A DNA stretch of 63,340 nucleotides, the filler included. It is 4 parts of 4 records of this genome, joined end to end, with 100 filler letters (N's around TTAATTAATTAA, not from the genome) between each part and the next. Parts side by side here need not be neighbours in the genome. Positions count along the whole stretch, not along the records: positions 57,523 to 63,340 come from SRR2962707_4797; 3 more parts are not named here. The stretch is one strand, 5' to 3'. Below are positions 57,870-63,340 of this stretch, one piece after another (the stretch's first letter is position 1; each line of letters starts with the position of its first letter). A program made the translations under genes and the position numbers. The notes under the pieces are model-generated. The model had not been told where the DNA came from, did no database searches, and worked only from the letters and a program-made list of their open reading frames with translations.

Positions 57870-59831
57870 TCAAAGTGCGCGCATGCGTTCCAGGAACCCA
57901 TCAATCTGGGTGCGCAAATCACTATTTTGTCGGTCCAGATTGTCCGCCGATACGTTGACGTCTGTGGCCGCAGTGTTGGTTTCACTTACCGCTGCTGACA
58001 CGCCCTGCATGGCCGATGAAATTTCTTCGGTCCCGGCAGCTGCCTGCTCCACATTTTGTGAAATTTCACTGGTGGCAACGGTTTGTTGTTCCACCGCAGC
58101 CGCCACTGCCGCCGCACGTTCACTGATAGCAGCAATCATGGTGACGATTTCGTCAATCGCATCAACCGCAATCCCGGTTGCCTGCTGAATATCATTGATC
58201 TGGATGGTGATATCTTCGGTCGCCTTGGCTGTCTGATTGGCAAGGTTTTTGACCTCGCTTGCGACAACAGCAAAGCCTTTGCCTGCATCCCCCGCACGAG
58301 CCGCCTCGATGGTGGCGTTCAGCGCGAGCAGATTGGTTTGACCGGCAATGTCACTGATAAGGCCAATGACCTCGCCAATTTTAAGGGCTGAGTCGTTCAA
58401 GCCCTGAATATTGTCATTGGTACTGCGCGCCCGCTCGGTTGCGGAAAGCGCCATGTTGGATGTTTCACTGACCTGACCGGAAATCTCGTTGATCGAGGCG
58501 GAAAGTTCCGTTGCCGCGGTCGCCACCAACTGGACATTTGCCGATGCCTCTTCGGCCCCCGATGATACCGCCATGGATTGACTGGCTGCGGTATCTGCAC
58601 TGCTGCGCAGAACGTTGGAAACCTGATGGAGTTGCTTAACCGCTGCGGTCACGTCAACCATTACCGCAACAACGGCCTTATCAAATTCCTGAATATAGCG
58701 TTCTTGCGTTTCCATGCGTTTGCGCCGCTGTTCATCGCGCTTTTTCTCGGCCGCTTCGAGTTTGATGCGCTCTATTCCATTTTCACGGAACACAAGAACC
58801 GCACGGCCCATCTCGCCAATTTCATCAGCGCGTTTGACTTCATTGATATCCACATCAAAGTCATTATCGGCAAGACGGGTCATTTTGTTGGTCAAACCGG
58901 CAATCGCACGAACGATGGCCCGCGACAGCAGGAATGAAAGCCCCATCAAGGCCAAAATACCGATCAGATACATGGCAACTGTCACTGTCAGGCTGGTCGC
59001 GGCGATCTGGTCGGCCTTTTGTTTTTCAGCCGCCGCAATGTCACCGATTGATGCACTTAACGTATCAAGGATCGGCTCTGCCTCAGCGTAGAAATCAGAA
59101 AGAAAACCAAGCTCTGCCTCACGCTGCATGATTTTTTCCGACAGTGCCTTTAAGTCGGTGACATAGGACGTCATCAGTTCGGTGATCTTGGCCTGTTCTG
59201 AGGCAGGAATATTCGATGCGGCCAAAGCCGGACCAAATTCGGCAAGGCGATCGTCCACCCGTCCAACATATTTCGGATCAAGGCGGGCAAGGAAGTCTTT
59301 CTCGTGGCGTCGCATCATCAACATGATAACCGTCAGGTTATCGGCCTTGTATTTGCCAAGCGCCTCTTCAACGTTATGAACTGAGCCACGCAATCTTCCC
59401 AAAAGACCCTGCTCTTCATCCAGGCCGATCTCGCGCTGCAAGGCCACGACGGTTCCGAATTTATCGCCGTAACTGGAAAATGCCGTTCTGATCTGATCAA
59501 GCTGATCGTCAAAGGCGGTCAATGCCGTGTCGGTTTCAAGTTTTTCCAAGCCCGTATTCACATCGGTCACGACACCGGCGTGCTGGGAGACATATTTTTC
59601 ATCCAGTCTGAGCAAGAAATCCTTTTCACGTCGCCGGGCATTAAGAAAATCACGCGAAATCTGATCGGCGACAAGTTTGTCATCCAGCGCACCTTCCGCC
59701 ACCATTTGGGCGGTTTGTCTTTGCTGCTCCGCAACAAACTGAACAACACCAACCACAACAAAGATCACAAGTGCTACGGCACCGATCAACGAAATTTGAT
59801 AGAGAAGTCTCATACGGGAAAGAAAAATCAT
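57870..59831 (-). CDS. Methyl-accepting chemotaxis protein (helical bimodular-type sensor, HAMP)
   Basis: Two TMs, duplicated RRxEKDFL sensor motif, DEIGEM HAMP and [30 protein letters not shown] tip; start MIFLSR matches the paralog. Confidence 0.94.
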   Translation of the reverse strand: MIFLSRMRLLYQISLIGAVALVIFVVVGVVQFVAEQQRQTAQMVAEGALDDKLVADQISRDFLNARRREKDFLLRLDEKYVSQHAGVVTDVNTGLEKLETDTALTAFDDQLDQIRTAFSSYGDKFGTVVALQREIGLDEEQGLLGRLRGSVHNVEEALGKYKADNLTVIMLMMRRHEKDFLARLDPKYVGRVDDRLAEFGPALAASNIPASEQAKITELMTSYVTDLKALSEKIMQREAELGFLSDFYAEAEPILDTLSASIGDIAAAEKQKADQIAATSLTVTVAMYLIGILALMGLSFLLSRAIVRAIAGLTNKMTRLADNDFDVDINEVKRADEIGEMGRAVLVFRENGIERIKLEAAEKKRDEQRRKRMETQERYIQEFDKAVVAVMVDVTAAVKQLHQVSNVLRSSADTAASQSMAVSSGAEEASANVQLVATAATELSASINEISGQVSETSNMALSATERARSTNDNIQGLNDSALKIGEVIGLISDIAGQTNLLALNATIEAARAGDAGKGFAVVASEVKNLANQTAKATEDITIQINDIQQATGIAVDAIDEIVTMIAAISERAAAVAAAVEQQTVATSEISQNVEQAAAGTEEISSAMQGVSAAVSETNTAATDVNVSADNLDRQNSDLRTQIDGFLERMRAL

Positions 59832-60104
59832 CTCGGCCCCCAAGCCTTGAATCCGCACTATGCTTAAGTATTGCAATTCGAAAGTTAGGTGCAGGTCCGC
59901 GTTAAAAGACGAAGCGGGAAACTTCGCCACCCCAGTCTTTGTAGTTTGGGATGCAGTAATCGATTTATCAGAAGGCAAACATGACAGTTTTATTACAAAC
60001 CATCGATTTCCGGGATTCTGGCCGCCTGTTGGCGGGAATATACAATCCGCTTGTACCCGCTTTTACGTTATTCAAACACATTTGCACCCCGACCATACAA
60101 AACA

Positions 60105-60128
60105 AGGGGGAAGAAAAATCTTCCCCCT
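60105..60128 (-). terminator. Intrinsic terminator between the two MCP genes
   Basis: Perfect 10-bp stem AGGGGGAAGA / TCTTCCCCCT, followed on - by TGTTTTG. Confidence 0.75.
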
Positions 60129-60169
60129 CCTTTTGAATAGATTCACTCAAACTTGCAGCCCGTCTAAGA

Positions 60170-62167
60170 TCAGGACACGTCACGCATCCGCGCAAGGAAT
60201 TGATCAATCCGGGTGCTTAGATTATCGCTTTGCGTTCCCAGATTGTCTGCCGACCCCCGTACATCGGATGCCGCATTGGTCGTATCGTTGACTGCCGTAG
60301 AGACGCCCTGCATCGCCGCAGATATTTCACTGGTGGCCGATGCAGCCTGTTCCACATTCTGCGAGATTTCGCTGGTGGCAACGGTTTGTTGCTCGACCGC
60401 TGCGGCAACGCTGGAGGCCCGTTCACTGATATCACTGATCATGCGAACGATTTCATCAATGGCCCCGACCGCAGACTGGGTTGCCTGCTGGATATCATTG
60501 ATCTGAACAGTAATGTCTTCGGTCGCCTTGGCGGTTTGATTGGCAAGGTTTTTAACTTCGCTGGCAACAACGGCAAATCCTTTACCCGCTTCACCGGCAC
60601 GCGCGGCTTCAATGGTTGCGTTAAGTGCCAGAAGATTGGTTTGCCCGGCAATATCGTTGATCAAACCAATGACTTCGCCAATTCGAACAGCCGCTGCATT
60701 CAATCCTTGAATGTCATCATTGGTTGTTTGCGCCCGTTCGCTTGCGGAAATCGCCATCTGGGACGTATCACTGACCTGTCCGGCAATTTCGTGGATAGAA
60801 GCGGAAAGTTCGGTTGCTGCCGTTGCAACAAGCTGCACGTTCGAAGATGCCTCTTCCGTACCAGCTGACACCGTAACGGATTGCTCGTTCGCCGTTGATG
60901 CGCTTTTACGCAAGACTTCGGAAACGGTATGAAGCTGCTGAACCGCTGTACCGACCTCACTCATCATCTCAACAACATCATTATCGAATTCACGAATATG
61001 CTGTTCCTGTTTTGCGATGCGCTGGCGTTGCTTTTCATCAAGTTCGCGTTGCTGGTTTTCAAGCTTCTGACGTTCAAGGCCGTTTTCGCGAAACACGACA
61101 ACAGACCGTCCCATTTCGCCGATCTCGTCTTTGCGGTCTGCTTCTTCAAATTTGACATCGAAGTCATTTTTCGCCAGCCGCGCCATTTTGGCCGTCAGGC
61201 CGGTAATCGCACTTACAATTGCGCGGGCAAGGATGAATGACATCAGAATCAGCACGAGCGCACCGGCAATGAAAATGCCAAAGGTGATGCGTACACCGGT
61301 CTGCGCAATTTCCTCAGCACGGAGCTGCATATCTTCTGCAACCTGCCCAATATCCTGGCTCAGCGATTCAAGAACCGGCTCAACCGCAGAATAATAAGCA
61401 CTCAGTCTTTCAAGGGATTCTTCACGTGCCAAAGTCGCCTCGGCCAGTGCTTCGAAGTTCGAGACATAGGACGCAACCAATTTACTCAGTTGGGCTTTCT
61501 TGTCGTCCTGAATACTGCCTGCCTTTTTAAGGGCGGCCTCGAACTCTTTTGACGTTGCTTCGACGCTTTCGATATAGGCCGGATCAAGACGGGCGAGGAA
61601 ATCCTTTTCGTCGCGGCGCATTTTTAGCACCGCGATGAACAAATCCTTTGAATCGGTAAGGCCCAGCATGGCTTCAAACTTTGCCACTTCGCCAAGGGCC
61701 TTTTCGACCTCGGATGCGGCCGTCCGCATTTCACCAAGCAGGCCCATATTTTCGTCAAGGCCGACTTTGATCTGCAGTTCGACCACAGTAGCAAATTCAC
61801 TTACATAATCTTCAAAGGCGGCACGGGCTTGTCCGACATTGTCACGAAGCGCGCCCAGTTCTTCGCGTTCGGCAAGCTCCGTCAGTCCGGCACGCACAGC
61901 CTTAGCTGATTCACTATGTGCGATGATGAATTCCTCGCTTCGGCGCAGCACGAAATCTTTTTCGTGGCGCCGTGCATTTAGAAATTCCCGCGAAGTTTCA
62001 TCGACAGTCGATTGATCAGCCGTTGCGGCCTTGGCGATCAATTGGGCAGATTGGCGTTGTTGATCAGCAATAAATTGTGTTGCACCAACGATGGCAAAAA
62101 TCACCAGCGCAACGATGCTTAGCAGCGAAATCTGGTACACCAGTTTCATGCGCGACAAAAAGGACAT
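60170..62167 (-). CDS. Methyl-accepting chemotaxis protein (tandem paralog)
   Basis: Same architecture; [25 protein letters not shown] tip. Confidence 0.94.
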   Translation of the reverse strand: MSFLSRMKLVYQISLLSIVALVIFAIVGATQFIADQQRQSAQLIAKAATADQSTVDETSREFLNARRHEKDFVLRRSEEFIIAHSESAKAVRAGLTELAEREELGALRDNVGQARAAFEDYVSEFATVVELQIKVGLDENMGLLGEMRTAASEVEKALGEVAKFEAMLGLTDSKDLFIAVLKMRRDEKDFLARLDPAYIESVEATSKEFEAALKKAGSIQDDKKAQLSKLVASYVSNFEALAEATLAREESLERLSAYYSAVEPVLESLSQDIGQVAEDMQLRAEEIAQTGVRITFGIFIAGALVLILMSFILARAIVSAITGLTAKMARLAKNDFDVKFEEADRKDEIGEMGRSVVVFRENGLERQKLENQQRELDEKQRQRIAKQEQHIREFDNDVVEMMSEVGTAVQQLHTVSEVLRKSASTANEQSVTVSAGTEEASSNVQLVATAATELSASIHEIAGQVSDTSQMAISASERAQTTNDDIQGLNAAAVRIGEVIGLINDIAGQTNLLALNATIEAARAGEAGKGFAVVASEVKNLANQTAKATEDITVQINDIQQATQSAVGAIDEIVRMISDISERASSVAAAVEQQTVATSEISQNVEQAASATSEISAAMQGVSTAVNDTTNAASDVRGSADNLGTQSDNLSTRIDQFLARMRDVS

Positions 62168-62432
62168 ATTTCCACCCCGGATTTAATGTTTGGGCTTATT
62201 ATTATCGTTTTATTATTTCACCCTAATTGAACCATTCTACCTTTGGTAGATCAATAAAAACTTAAGTATAGTTCTAATGGGCATTATCTATTCATTTGGG
62301 TACCTTAAATCATAATTCCACCATTTATTTTCCGCCTTTGCGAACTATGTTGATGTATCGGGAAAGATGGTATGTCTGGAAAACGATCCCAATTCACACC
62401 ACACATCACAGAAAGCAGGACACAAATCACCC

Positions 62433-63170
62433 ATGAGCATCTGGGGCAAAATTATTGGCGGAGCAGCAGGTTTTGCCTTGGGCGGACCGTTGGGCGCAAT
62501 CCTTGGCACTGCAGCCGGTCATGTCGTTGACAAGATTAAAAACGGCGCAAGTGGCGCCCAGATTGGCGGCCATGACCCGCGACAGGTTGCCTTTGCAACC
62601 GGTGTCATTGTGCTGGCGGCCAAAATGGCCAAAGTCGACGGCCATGTAAGCCGTGATGAAATCAATACGTTCAAACGTGTTTTCCATATCCCGCCGGGCG
62701 AAGAAAAGAATGTCGGGCGTATTTTTGATATGGCGCGGAAGTCTTCGGACGGTTTTGAGATTTATGCCCGTCAGATCGCAACCATGTTCCGCGGTGAACG
62801 TGCTTTGCTTGAAGGCATCCTAGAGGCCCTTTATCAAATCGCCATGGCGGATGGGCAACTGCATCCGGCAGAACAGGACTTTTTGAAAAAGGTCGCGCAC
62901 ATCTTCGGCTTTGCCGATGTTGATTTTGACCGTGTCCATCATGCCTTTACCTCCTCAAACGGGCCCGACCCGTATGAGCAGCTTGGCCTTGGACGCGATG
63001 CCAGCGACGATGATTTAAAATCGGCCCATCGCAAACTGTCGCGCGAAAACCATCCTGACACCTTGATGGCCAAGGGCATGCCGCCTGAATTTGTTGAACA
63101 AGCAAACGAAAAAATGGCGCGCATCAATGCGGCATGGGATCAAATCCGTAAGGAACGCGGGATCCGCTGA
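62433..63170 (+). CDS. djlA: DjlA co-chaperone (TM + TerB-like + C-terminal J domain)
   Basis: MSIWGKIIGGAAGFALGGPLGA, AKMAKVDGHVS, AMADG and ENHPD...INAAW motifs. Confidence 0.88.
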   Translation: MSIWGKIIGGAAGFALGGPLGAILGTAAGHVVDKIKNGASGAQIGGHDPRQVAFATGVIVLAAKMAKVDGHVSRDEINTFKRVFHIPPGEEKNVGRIFDMARKSSDGFEIYARQIATMFRGERALLEGILEALYQIAMADGQLHPAEQDFLKKVAHIFGFADVDFDRVHHAFTSSNGPDPYEQLGLGRDASDDDLKSAHRKLSRENHPDTLMAKGMPPEFVEQANEKMARINAAWDQIRKERGIR

Positions 63171-63340
63171 CCCAAAAACCGCGCGGACAACGCCAAAACG
63201 AATGATTTCCCTTGCAACAGCACCAGATTTGCTGTTTGCAGGGGGCCAGTCATTCTGACCATTTTTCTGTTCTCAAGCTTATCGGTTTTTCCATGGCGCC
63301 ACCGCTGATCAATATTAATGACATTCACCTGACCTTTGGC

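Overview
This window is not one locus. It is four contigs joined by three identical artificial 100-bp spacers (44 N + TTAATTAATTAA + 44 N at 20020-20119, 31190-31289 and 57423-57522), so gene neighbourhoods do not cross the gaps. Contig A (1-20019; AT-rich, Bacteroidota/Cytophagales-like) carries a DinB + ABC ATPase + His-rich FtsX permease + DUF3299 operon resembling Vibrio Zrg zinc uptake, hemJ-sco-cytochrome c, a Crp/Fnr regulator, a small inverted-repeat (MITE-like) element, PadR with an orphan duplicated permease, two outer-membrane proteins, a glycosyltransferase operon (DPM-like GT2, plant CslA-like GT2, GT-C, embedded RelE-type TA pair, rhodanese, DUF2064/TIGR04282 GT-A), a J-domain protein and comEC. 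Contig B (20120-31189; GC-rich alphaproteobacterium) has a Dpp/Opp ABC importer, IclR, an M81/MlrC-like peptidase, two DMT transporters, a Gfo/Idh/MocA oxidoreductase, a Pmp3 protein and queA. Contig C (31290-57422; gammaproteobacterial hydrocarbon-degrader-like) begins with IS3 and IS481 remnants. It then has the Alcanivorax-type araC / fdx-CYP153-alkJ-reductase-tetR cassette, an 11-gene lipid-catabolic operon, three acyl-CoA ligases and a BtrH_N/DUF4872 protein. Contig D (57523-63340; Thalassospira-like) has two tandem chemoreceptors and djlA. The strongest sequence-level observation is a 61-bp promoter architecture (tandem GGTCATTT-N3-GACA boxes 21 bp apart plus TGGTTGT at a fixed offset) found twice, about 15.8 kb apart. 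It links the CYP153 operon and a distant acyl-CoA ligase into a probable AraC regulon inside a possible branched/subterminal alkane catabolic island. The CslA-like glycan operon is the other main candidate for a poorly characterised system. All product calls come from motif recognition by eye; no database searches were run. No rRNA, tRNA or CRISPR array was recognised.
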